Shown here piece by piece: positions 10,008-19,945 of a DNA stretch of 64,000 bases. Made by a program: the position numbers and the translations under genes. The notes below the pieces were generated by a model, which was not told the DNA's origin, did no database searches, and worked only from the letters and a program-made list of their open reading frames with translations. The first letter of the stretch is position 1, and each line of letters starts with the position of its first letter. This DNA comes from an uncultured delta proteobacterium (GTDB lineage: Bacteria > Desulfobacterota > SM23-61), in assembly GCA_963712535.1 (NCBI GenBank), contig CAVQIK010000012.1, positions 88,135-152,134 of the forward strand, written 5' to 3'.

Positions 10008-10766
10008 AGGCTCAATCTACCTCAACGATGGGGATTTCCCTTCAGGCGTCAAACATCTGGGGACGATCTCAGAAACTCTCGTTTCAGGAGATCGAAATAT
10101 CTGGAATCCTTCTGATCTCTAAGGGAGCATATCCCATTGAGCTATTGCTGGAATAATTAACCATACTGCCTGAACTCTGTGGGTCGGGCTCGGATGGCTT
10201 CTTTTCAAATTGCTGGGTAGAGACTCTGACTCTGATCAAATACCATATGAACTCTTACCAAATGAACTCTTCGATGTTTGGGGAAACAGATACAGAAGTT
10301 GTGGACCATACATCCTTCACTTGGAAGGATTTCGGGGCATCGGCATGCTCCATTTCTTCCTGTACTATTGGTTTTCCCTTTTAGCTCTTGAATGCAAGAT
10401 TTCAATCGAAAATCATCAATGTCTCTCCTGGAAGTCCGCATTTCATTCGGGAATTCCGGTGAAATTCATCTCTTGACTCTTCTTCAATAAGATAGTAATT
10501 TTCAGTAAATTTGTTATTTTCAATGGCTTCTCTTCATCGAACCTTCTAAATACTTACGAAAGCTTTTTCCATAGACAAATTACAATTTTGCGATTCACCT
10601 GGCAAGATTCTCCGGATGTTTACTCGTCAGGATATAACATCAGTTGTGCACGTCAGGAGAATATATAAAATGCCCCCAAATGCCAGACCGAGAATGCCAG
10701 AGGCGCCTTTCAGGAAATGGGAAGGGATTATTGGCTGAATAGAACCAGAAAACTGAAGGGAGCACT

Positions 10767-11219
10767 TTGGATGCCATGAGTCACATATCTTCAGGATCTT
10801 CTTTGAAGAAAGGAAGATATGGCCGAGGTGAATCTGAAAAGCTGAGTATTGAATCGGTGCACCAACTGTATGAATCGAACCAGCAGCTTATCTATGTTGC
10901 GGATCGGAAAGTTTCGGCAGGTGTGCTGTTTGCAGTCCTTTCAACCATTTTCTACCTCTTAGCCATCATCCCAAGGATTTCGGAAAAGGCCTCTGAGAGC
11001 CTGCTTCATTACAGGGGTATTTTGGCCATACCGCGAGAGGAGTACGTGTCAAAAATGCGCGCAGGTTGTGGAGAAGATTTGATCAAAGATTACTTGGAAA
11101 CGATTTATGCCCTCTCCTCCATCGAGATGAGAAAGAATCGGTATCTTCGTGTAGGCTCCATACTTTTGATGATTTCCATCGTTCTATTGGGTTTGTCCTT
11201 CATGCTGCATAACCTGTAA
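10767..11219 (+). CDS. small 2-TM membrane protein whose architecture resembles Pycsar-type TM effectors (DUF5706-like); family assignment tentative
   Basis: 150 aa: soluble N-terminus, VADRKVSAGVLFAVLSTIFYLLAIIP (ADxK followed by TM1), a middle helical region, then KNRYLRVGSILLMISIVLLGLSFML (C-terminal TM). AAGGGAG precedes the TTG/ATG start. Ends 20-44 nt before the cyclase gene. Confidence 0.45.
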   Translation: MDAMSHISSGSSLKKGRYGRGESEKLSIESVHQLYESNQQLIYVADRKVSAGVLFAVLSTIFYLLAIIPRISEKASESLLHYRGILAIPREEYVSKMRAGCGEDLIKDYLETIYALSSIEMRKNRYLRVGSILLMISIVLLGLSFMLHNL

Positions 11220-11262
11220 ATCCTCCGCAGGAATTCGGGTGGATCAACGACGGAGAGCTCTT

Positions 11263-14200
11263 ATGAGATGCCCAAAATGCCGGTTCGAAAATCCTGATAC
11301 ATCAAAATTCTGTGGAGAGTGCGGAGCAAAGCTGGAAAAGGTTTGCCCGGAATGCAACGCAGCGAACCCTCTCCAATTCAAATTTTGTGGAGAATGCGGA
11401 CAGGAATTATCTGGCCCAAGGCCGAGTCCAAAAGACCCTCTCTTCGACCCAAGAAGCTGGCTAAGATCCAAAAATATCTTCCCGGCGGACTAACAGAGAA
11501 GATTTTGGCCCAAAAAGGAAAGATCGAAGGCGAGCGCAAGCAGGTCACGGTGATGTTCACGGACATGGAGGGGTTTACTCCGTTGGTGGAGAACCTCGGG
11601 CCGGAGCAAGCCTACGCCATTATGGACCAAGTTTATGAAATTTTGATCCAGAAAGTCCATGCGTTTGAGGGTACGGTGAACGAGATGACCGGGGATGGAA
11701 TTATGGCCCTGTTCGGGGCTCCCATTGCATTGGAGGATGCCCCTCAAAGAGCGATCCGGTCGGGTATTGGCGATCCACCAGGAGATCGCTCGGTTCAGTG
11801 AACGTCTGAGCAAAGAAAAGGGTATTCCTCCGATTCGGATGCGCATTGGCATCCACACGGGCCCGGTCGTGGTCGGGACATTGGGCAGCGACCTGCGGGT
11901 TGAGTTCAAAGCGGTTGGGGATACAGTAAATTTAGCTTCACGGCTACAGAACCTTGCGGAAGCGGGCACAATATATATTTCGGGAGAAACTTTTAAAATT
12001 ACCGAGGGCCTGTTTCGTTTCGAGTCACTTGGGGAGCGGAAGGTGAAGGGCCGGGAAGAGCCGGTGAGGGTTTACCAGGTGATCGCTCCCAGCTCAAGCA
12101 GGACCCGTTTTGACGTGAGCGCGGAACGGGGGCTGACCCCCCTTGTGGGCCGGTCACGCGAGATGGAGCTTCTTGTGGACGGCTTGGGGCGGGCGAAGGA
12201 AGGGAGGGGGCAGGCTTTCTCTATCATCGGAGAGGCGGGGGTCGGAAAATCCCGCCTTCTGTACGAGTTTCGAAAGGCGGTTGCCAATGACAATATAACC
12301 TTCCTGGAGGGGAAATGTCTCTCCTATGGGCGAGGCGCCTCATACCATCCGATTGCCGACATCTTGAAAGGCGCCTTCGAGATTCAGGAACGGGATGGAG
12401 AGGCCAAAATCCGGGAGAGAATCCAGGATGGTCTCAAATTTATGAAAATGGATCCTTCTTCGACCATGCCCTATGTGTTGGAAATCCTGGGCGTGAAAGG
12501 GAGCGGGATCGAAAAGATATCCCTGAGCCCGGAAGGGAAGAAGGATCGGGTTAATGACACATTGAAGAAGATACTGATCAAGAGCTCGCAGTTTCGTCCC
12601 CTGTTCGTCGCTATTGAAGACCTGCATTGGGCGGATAAGAGCACGGAGGATGTCCTGAAATACTTACTGGACGGGATTCCTGCGGCGAGGGTTCTACTGG
12701 TCGTCACCTACCGCCCGGAGTTTGTGCATACCTGGGGGGGCAAATCATACCACAACCAGCTTACGTTCAACCGGCTGTCCAACCGGGAGACCCTGGCCAT
12801 GGCCGCCAGCCTGCTGGGAACGGTCCAGGTCGACAAGGAAATTGAAGAACTCATCCTGGAGAGGACAGAGGGCGTTCCCTTCTTTATCGAGGAGTTTATC
12901 CGATCCTTGAGGGACCTGAACATTATTCAAAAACAAGAAAGCAAGTATCGCCTGGCCAAGAACATTCAGGAGGTGAAGATCCCCTCCACGATCCAGGACA
13001 TGATCATGGCCCGGGTGGATGCGCTGCCCCCGAACGCAAAGGAGCTTCTCCAAACGGGATCCGTCATCGAACGGGAGTTCAGCCACGAGCTGATTAAGTG
13101 CCGAATTAATCTACGAGCGGGGTATTTTTCCTCAATCAACCTACATTTTCAAGCATGCCCTAACCCGGGAGGTTGTCTACGATTCCCTTGTCGCTGTGAA
13201 AAAGAAAAGGCTTCACGCCGAAATCGGGAAAGCCATTGAGGAAATGTTCAAAGATCATCTGTCGGATTTTTTCGAAGCCCTCGCCCATCACTATCTATTA
13301 GCGGAGAATTATGAGAAAGCGGCCGAGTATTCGAGGCTGGCTTCGCGAAAGGCGGAGAAAGGCGTATCTTTATTCCGCGCGATTTCTTTTGCGGAGCAGA
13401 ATATTGCCTGTCTTGAAAAGCTGCCGGTCACGGAGGAATTAGAGAGAAGGCGTATCGATGCCCGAACACGTCTTGGTCTCTATTTCATCCAGATGAATCA
13501 ACAAAAAGCCAAGGAAGCGATCGACCCCATTCTCGACCTGGCGCTCAAATTGAATTACAGGAAAAGACTGTGTCAGATTTATACGATTCTGGGCGCCTAC
13601 CATTCCATCGTAACCGAGGATATGTCCGAGGCCATTAAGACTCTCGAACATGCTTTAAAAGTAGCGGAGGAAACCAAAGATCTGTTGAGCCAGGTGCTGG
13701 CCGGACACTATTATGCAGGTTGTCTGGCAGGCCTTTGTCAATTCGAAAAGTCTGCAGAATATTTCCGGAGATCCTACGAAATCAATTTAGCGGCAGGAAG
13801 CCTGTGGGGCGGTTCCGCGGTGCTCTCCACTCTTGCAGTCGGCTGCCTTTTACCCCAGGGGAAAATCGAAGAGGGATTTCGGACAACCGAACAAGCCATC
13901 GAGCTCGCAGAAAAAAGCGGCGATGTTTTTTCCAGGGGAACGTCGTATGTGGGCCATGGAATATCGAACTTCTACAAAGGATATCTGCAGGAAGCCGAAG
14001 TTCAGATGCAAAAGGGATTTCAGTTCGGAAACCATATTCCTTTTTATTGGTATGGACTCGCTCAGGGGATTTTGGGATGCGTGTATTTTGCAATGGGGGA
14101 AATGAAAAAATCAAAAAGGTCGCTGGCTGAAGCGATTTCTACCTTTGGCGATCATGGCCTGCAACCTTCTCTTGCCACTTTCTTCAAGGCTGCCTTAATG

Positions 14201-14566
14201 AACGTGAAGATCGCTAATCAGGAAATGGACATCGATTTGGGTTTTCTCACCTCCATTCCGCCCACTTATGGCTTTTCACTGTCGGGTTTGTTTTTTCAGT
14301 TTATCGGAGACATTTATCTCCAAATGGGTGCCGAGCACCTGACCGAGGCAGAGCGTTGGTATCGCAAAGGCATCGAAGAAAATGAGGAGAAAGGAACAAA
14401 ACCGTGGCTGGGTCATTCCCTGGCTGCCTACGCCAGGCTGATGCATCGCCAAGGGGATCGCGCCAAAGCCCGGGAGAATCTCGGGAAGGCAATAGAAATT
14501 ATGAAACAATGCGGGGCCGATGGATGGGTGGCGAAATATGAGAAAGAGTTGGCCTCCATTTCATGA
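11263..14566 (+). pseudogene. double zinc-ribbon / class III adenylate-guanylate cyclase / AAA_16-type STAND ATPase / TPR protein, interrupted by three frame changes
   Basis: Zinc ribbons: CPKC..CGEC..CPEC..CGEC. Cyclase motifs: [50 protein letters not shown]-loop: [13 protein letters not shown]-terminal helical TPR-like repeats run to 14566. Frame changes lie near 11450 (base missing), 11761-11763 (extra G) and 13095-13102 (possibly also a short deletion). Listed ORF pieces are 11239.., 11319.., 11695.. and 13196... Confidence 0.85.
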
Positions 14567-14867
14567 GAAGCCTTAATCATACGCTGCAGATTCTTTCAAA
14601 CGGTAATCTTCAATTTGAATTAATTGCGGTGCGTGAAGCTAAGTAGGTGTAAGCAATGTCTGCGCCTTTTGACGACAGAATGCGGCAACAGGATTTATTA
14701 ACCATTCCGTTTGGCATTTCCTCGAACCCATCACGTATGTTGGGTCGTCGGCCCGGGCGAAGGTCGGGGGTCCAGAGTAACAGTATCATCCCGGTTTTCA
14801 CCGGAAAGGCGGATTCCGGCTCTAGCCGGCTTGAGCGAAAAAAGCCAATTTTACCCCTCGGCCATTG

Positions 14868-16173
14868 TCACTTCTGGCCTTTAAGAATCGGGAATGTGTT
14901 CGCCCCCTGCGGCATGATCGTGACTTTCGGATTCTTCGTCCTGCACTTCTCGTAGGCCAGCTGTAACGCTTCGTCGATGCTGGACGCGGGTGTAAACCCG
15001 GTCTTTCGAACAAAATCGAAATTTTCTTTCCGGGTCAGGAGAATAAAAGGCCCCTTGCTGTTGCATTCCAGCTCCTTGAGGGCGACCCAACCGGCGATGG
15101 TGAAATTTTCCCGCAGCGCTTTCTCCATTTCCAGGAGCGATGGATACCGGAACCATTCGAAGAACTCCGGCGGCTCGGTGATGTCCGGGCACTCCGCAAG
15201 GATAATCGCGACCCCGCCTTTTTTCATGGCGTAGTATGCGTTATCCATGGTCTTGCCGGTCTGATACAGGTTGATGTCCTTCGGATAACCGCCGGCCGTG
15301 GCGATCACGATGTCGGCTTCCTCGCGGATTTCCACGCCGAAGATTTCCTCCACCCGCTCGACCGCATCCAGCCACGCCGAAACCCAGTTCCCCGCGAAAA
15401 CCCCGGCAATCTGCCCCTCCAGGTTCGGGACCGTGTTGACGATGAAATCGGGCTGGAGGAAGCCGGCAATTTCCATCATGTCCTCGTGGACCTCGTTCCC
15501 CCGGGTCCGCCCGGACGAGGCGCGGGGATTCGAGCCCGACCCTACGGTGGGCCCCATCGCCCAGAGATGGTTCTGTCGAATCGTCTGGACGGAGGAAAGC
15601 CCGGGAAGGACGCTCTTTCTCCCACCGCCGTAGCCGGCCATGTAATGGTAGATGACGCCGCCGGTCAGGATCAGCTTATCCGCCTCGACCGCGAGGCGGT
15701 TCACCGACACTTCCGTGCCCCGGCTTGTTCTCCCCAGAGGGACCATGTTTTTCGTGTCCCAGCAATCGTGATTGAGGACTCGCACGCGGTGGCAAACCTC
15801 TCTCCCGCAAAGTTCCACGAATTCATCTTCGGTGTTCAATCGATGGGCGCCGACGACGATGAGAATGGTGATATTGCCGTCGGGGATTCCGGCTTCGTTG
15901 AGCGTCTCGATGAGAACCGGCAGCACCTGATCATTCCTCTGCCACCCCCGGGTGATGTCGCTGACCGTGACCAGGACCTTCTCGCCGGGCTTGACGATCT
16001 CGCGCAGAGGAGGCGCATCAACCGGGTGATCCAGGGCCTGGCGGTAGGACTTTCAGAAGATCCGGAAGAGCAGGAAAGTTTCTTCCCCGCAGTTCGTGCA
16101 AGAGCTGCTCCTGGGGGATTTTGAACGAGACTACCCCCTGGCCGTATTTCAGCTGAAAACTGCGCAAGGCCAT
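14868..16173 (-). pseudogene. LarA-like nickel-dependent 2-hydroxyacid racemase/epimerase family (DUF2088 N-domain), one frameshift
   Basis: ORF 14868..15926 carries LarA-like strings (VVGAHR, HYMAGYGGG, PKDINLYQ). The missing N-terminus (MALRSFQLKYGQGVVSFKIP... then YRQALDHPVDAPPLREIVKPGEKVLVTVSDITRG) is found upstream in two frames. ATG at 16173 follows GGGAGG. Extra base near 16047-16048. Confidence 0.8.
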
Positions 16174-16217
16174 CTTCTACCTCCCGGCGCACGAAGGCTG
16201 TCGAGTATTCAAAAAGC

Positions 16218-17072
16218 TCAACTTCGCCCCTTCAGTATCTCCTCTAGTTTTTTCACTTCTTCATCAGGCATTCGGTAGCAATGCTCCGGTTTCGGAAATT
16301 CTGCTTTATTTACCTCACCCTGGAACGTCTGAAAGGCCTTGACGATCTGCTCGTGAATATCCGCATACTTTTTTGCGAATTTCGGGGTAAAGGCCTCGAA
16401 CATCCCGAGCAGGTCATGAACGACCAGGCATTGGCCGTCGCAATAAGGGCCCGCGCCTATGCCGATGACCGGAACCTTGGACCGTTCAGTGACGATTTTC
16501 CCAACTTCCGGGGGAACCGCTTCCAGCAGGATCATGCAGACTCCCGCCTCCTCCAGGGCTTTTGAATCTTCAATGATCCGCAAGGCGCCGGCGGCGTCGC
16601 GGCCCTGGGCCTTAAACCCCCCAAACATGGCGATGGACTGGGGCGTCAACCCTAAGTGAGCCACCACTGGAATCGTCGCCTTGATCAAAGCCTTGACCGT
16701 GTCCACGACCTCCCTTCCGCCTTCCAGTTTGATCGCCTCGCACCCGCACTCAGCCATGAAACGGCCAGCATTGCGGATCGCTTCTTCCTTGCTGACCTGG
16801 TAGGTCATATAGGGCATGTCGCCGATGAGAAAGACGTTCGGAGCTCCCTTTCGCACCGCGCGGGTATGAGGGATTAGAAGATCCATGGTGACCGGCAAAG
16901 TGGAATCATAGCCATAAACGGTCATGCCGATCGAATCCCCTACGAGAATGATATCGATGCCCGCCTTCTCCTCCATCTGGGCCATGGGAAAATCGTAAGC
17001 GGTAAGCCAGGTAATGGGCTCTTTCTTGTGCTTCTTTTCCATCAAGGTATGAATGGTCACTTTTTTCATAGT
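16218..17072 (-). CDS. panB: 3-methyl-2-oxobutanoate hydroxymethyltransferase (PanB), copy 2
   Basis: Same PanB motifs as copy 1. By hand alignment, 28 differences over 283 aa. Start taken at MKKVTIHTLM (17072) rather than the listed 17126. Confidence 0.9.
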   Translation of the reverse strand, partial: TMKKVTIHTLMEKKHKKEPITWLTAYDFPMAQMEEKAGIDIILVGDSIGMTVYGYDSTLPVTMDLLIPHTRAVRKGAPNVFLIGDMPYMTYQVSKEEAIRNAGRFMAECGCEAIKLEGGREVVDTVKALIKATIPVVAHLGLTPQSIAMFGGFKAQGRDAAGALRIIEDSKALEEAGVCMILLEAVPPEVGKIVTERSKVPVIGIGAGPYCDGQCLVVHDLLGMFEAFTPKFAKKYADIHEQIVKAFQTFQGEVNKAEFPKPEHCYRMPDEEVKKLEEILKGRS

Positions 17073-17591
17073 CTTCCCTTTCTGTTCAGATGCTGCAAAT
17101 TTATCAAATAGGGTAAACAAAGCCACAAGATAAGAGTCGATTCATAGCTCACAGCCCAACTGTAGCCTATTTTCACTCGTGATAATTTTTATTCGAATCC
17201 CGACATCCTGTCAACGGATTTATTCCACTTTGTCCGCCACGGCTGAAGCAACCGTAAAGGAGAGTTTATGATTTATTAAAACTTTCGCTTAGAGACGCAG
17301 AGGCGCAGGGAATCGCAAAAACAGACCGAAATAATTTGCGCCCCCGGCGGCTCTGCGGGAGATTTCCTTCAGCCTTTTCCCTCCCCTCGGCCTAGCGCGT
17401 CTTTAACAATTTCTCTCCATTTCTGACATTCGTCAAGGCCAAAAGGTAATCGGAATGGGAATGGTACGATATAGGGAGGGAGGGAGGGGGCAGAAAGGCG
17501 TGGAGAAGCGCCTTCACGGAAGGATCGGGGGAGGAAAAAGGATCTTATGGCTCTCGAGCGTTCTCCCTCTCTATAGCGTTGTAAAAAATCC

Positions 17592-17647
17592 TTGACATTC
17601 AGTATTCAGGGGTATAAGAAATAGACATTGTGTAGATGTTTATACAA
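17592..17647 (+). promoter_or_regulatory. candidate promoter and GntR/HutC-type palindromic operator
   Basis: TTGACA (17592-17597), 15-nt spacer, TATAAG (17613-17618). Imperfect 20-bp palindrome TTGTGTAGATGTTTATACAA (17628-17647) contains the GT..TA..AC-like half-sites typical of GntR operators. Confidence 0.4.
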
Positions 17648-17675
17648 CCAAACCAAGGTGAAGTTCCTATTTGCA

Positions 17676-18569
17676 ATGATCGACGAGCAAATTCCCCTAT
17701 CTTCCTCTGAAACTTTGGAATACATGGCTCAAATAGCCAAGGATGCCCCCCTCCACGTGCAGATTCGGGAAAACCTTCGGAGGCAAATTCTTGCTGGCGT
17801 ATACAAGCCCGGGGACCGCATTCCTTCCGAAGAAGATCTGGGGGAAAGTTGGCATGTGAACCGATTGACGGCGCGCCGCTCCGTTTCCGACCTGGTGAAT
17901 GAAGGGCTTCTCCAGCGCCGTCCCGGGGTAGGCACTTTTGTGATTGGCCGCAAGTTCCTTCGGGATCAAAGTGCTCTCATCAGCTTCTGGGAAGCGACTC
18001 GGGCCATGGGCATGCAACCTAGCGCCAAGCTCATAGGTCAGGAAACAACGCAGGCCTCTGTCGATATTGCCGTGTCCCTGGAGGTCCCTGAGGGCGAACC
18101 TATTTATCGCGTTCGCAGGTTGCGGTTGGCGGACGGGGAGATTTTGGCCTACCATATCGCCCATATTCCGGCGAAATTCTTTGCCGGTCTGTTGGAGATC
18201 GATCTGGCCAGTCAATCGCTTTACGCTTTGTATAGATCTTTTGGCTATCCTCCCGCTTCTGGCGAGCAGAGAATCGAGGCGATTGCCGCGAATGAGGAGG
18301 TCGCCGCTCTGCTGGGAGTTCCGGCCGGCTCCCCGGTTCTTTTTCTGCAGCGGACCACTCGCACCGCTGCGGGTATGCCCATTGAAGTTGTTTGGGCTTA
18401 CCTCCGATCGGACCGCTACGTCATTTATATCCCCCTTCATACCTCGGGGAAAATCGTCATCGAGTACCCGCAAGGGGAGAAAACCTTCATAACCGAGGCA
18501 GGTCTGCTCCCGGACGGAAAAAAGATTATGTCTCGATCCGAGAATGGGCCGGAGGTGCCGGAAGGATGA
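17676..18569 (+). CDS. GntR-family regulator, HutC subfamily (UTRA effector domain)
   Basis: PLHVQIRENLRRQILAGVYKPGDRIPSEEDLGESWHVNRLTARRSVSDLVNEGLL is a GntR wHTH. The C-terminal portion looks like a UTRA domain. The start is uncertain (17628, 17676 or 17724). Confidence 0.85.
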   Translation: MIDEQIPLSSSETLEYMAQIAKDAPLHVQIRENLRRQILAGVYKPGDRIPSEEDLGESWHVNRLTARRSVSDLVNEGLLQRRPGVGTFVIGRKFLRDQSALISFWEATRAMGMQPSAKLIGQETTQASVDIAVSLEVPEGEPIYRVRRLRLADGEILAYHIAHIPAKFFAGLLEIDLASQSLYALYRSFGYPPASGEQRIEAIAANEEVAALLGVPAGSPVLFLQRTTRTAAGMPIEVVWAYLRSDRYVIYIPLHTSGKIVIEYPQGEKTFITEAGLLPDGKKIMSRSENGPEVPEG

Positions 18570-18848
18570 AGCATCTTTTCCTTCGGTTGCGTTGCTCTCC
18601 AGGAGAAATGGGGAGAGGAAATCATGATTGCCGGGAAGGAGGTGACCGAAAAGAAGCCTGCTACGGGTAGAGATCGGGAGTTTTTCGTCTGCCCGCCATT
18701 GGCCGGAGGCTCATTCCCAAAAGGCTGAAATTGGCCTTCATGCCAGGCGGGGTCAAGGGAGCGGGTGAAAGCTGAAAAGATACCCTTCAGGATCAGAAAC
18801 GGAATCATTTTAGACCATGTTTAGCATCCCAAACAAAGGAGGAGGAAT

Positions 18849-19679
18849 ATGGCTACCGCAGCCCGTGAGTTCCTGGTGAAGTATCGCTTTGTTTTTGTCA
18901 TCTGGGCCATCCTCGGTTTCATAGCGCACCTGGTTTTGGTACTTTATTTTGCCCCCTGGACAGCAAAGATGGGAGTGGCCAATTCCCCAACTCGGTTGGT
19001 CACTCGTATTATCGCTGACTGGTGGGTTTTAAAGTTGCCCTTCGCTCTCCTCGCGATGTCGATCGTTGCCGGAAAGAAGAAATGGCTGGCCCCCCGCGGC
19101 CGTTATCAAGAAGGAATGGAATACCCGGTTTTCACGACCTATACGTACGTTTCCATTGCCCTCTGTGCTGCTCTTTTTGCCGCTTCCGGGATCCTCTCCT
19201 ATGAATTTTTCGACCTCCCCGCAGGCCCTGCGGCTCTCTCGGTGACTTTTTTCAACCCCATTATCGGGTTCTTTACCTTATGGCTGGGAGGCGTGGCCCG
19301 CAGTCTGATTTTCGGTACCGGGAACCCTGTTTTCTGGATCTTCGGCCAGGGACCCTCTGACGGCAGTACCTGGATCTACCTGGGCATTTTTTACTGGTGG
19401 TTCCGGGAGGAAACGAAATACGGCAAGAATATCGTCGCCGTCATCGTCTTTTGGGTGGTGACCTATTGGATCTGGCGCACTATCTGGATGTTCGATATCT
19501 GGATGTGGCTCAATCCCGTCCCCGCCCTCTGGGCACGCCTGACCTGGTTCTTTACTCAGTTCATGCCCAGCGGAACGTTTGGTTCCCTGGCTGGTCTGGT
19601 TGCCGCGGAGGCTCTGATCCGAGCGGTGGAAAGGGGACATCAAACGATGCCTACTTCGCCTCCCCCCCCCATAAAATAA
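18849..19679 (+). CDS. polytopic, Trp-rich membrane protein; possible substrate-capture (S) component for the adjacent ECF-type module
   Basis: Several hydrophobic segments. Strong AGGAGGAGG RBS. Located directly upstream of the ECF A-A and T genes. No recognisable family motif. Confidence 0.5.
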   Translation: MATAAREFLVKYRFVFVIWAILGFIAHLVLVLYFAPWTAKMGVANSPTRLVTRIIADWWVLKLPFALLAMSIVAGKKKWLAPRGRYQEGMEYPVFTTYTYVSIALCAALFAASGILSYEFFDLPAGPAALSVTFFNPIIGFFTLWLGGVARSLIFGTGNPVFWIFGQGPSDGSTWIYLGIFYWWFREETKYGKNIVAVIVFWVVTYWIWRTIWMFDIWMWLNPVPALWARLTWFFTQFMPSGTFGSLAGLVAAEALIRAVERGHQTMPTSPPPPIK

Positions 19680-19945
19680 AGAAGGAGCGGGTTTCATAGA
19701 GATAGCGAGAGGAATCGAGTTGACAGGATCAGAAGGCGTCGGCAAAGTAGTGATTGTTCCATAATCGATAATGAAATCGATTCGGCCCGTTAACCTCCGG
19801 CAAAGAGGATGAAAAAGGGCTAGCGTGTCAGGCCGGCTGCTTATGAAAGGAAACTTTTGACCTGGGCCTTGGCCGTTGGGCCGATTCCCGGAGTAACGGC
19901 CGAAGCCTCATCTTTTTTCATTTTCATGAGAAGGTGGTAAGGACC

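Noticed and set aside
10205-10476. ORFs 10205..10441 (minus) and 10210..10476 (plus) as real genes, for example a toxin-antitoxin pair
   Set aside because: They overlap each other on opposite strands, have no RBS and no recognisable motifs, and have odd composition. They are treated as non-coding AT-rich DNA.
17281-17345. GCAGAGGCGCAG / CTCTGCGGGAG motifs (also at 50965-51005) as another repeat family
   Set aside because: Only two short, imperfect occurrences were seen. I could not align them convincingly by eye, so they are left unannotated.
18570-18848. A possible riboswitch (cobalamin, TPP, etc.) upstream of the ECF-associated membrane protein
   Set aside because: I could not find the conserved core sequences of any riboswitch class I know (for example the B12 box, or the TPP CUGAGA/ACCUGA). 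An Rfam scan would be needed.
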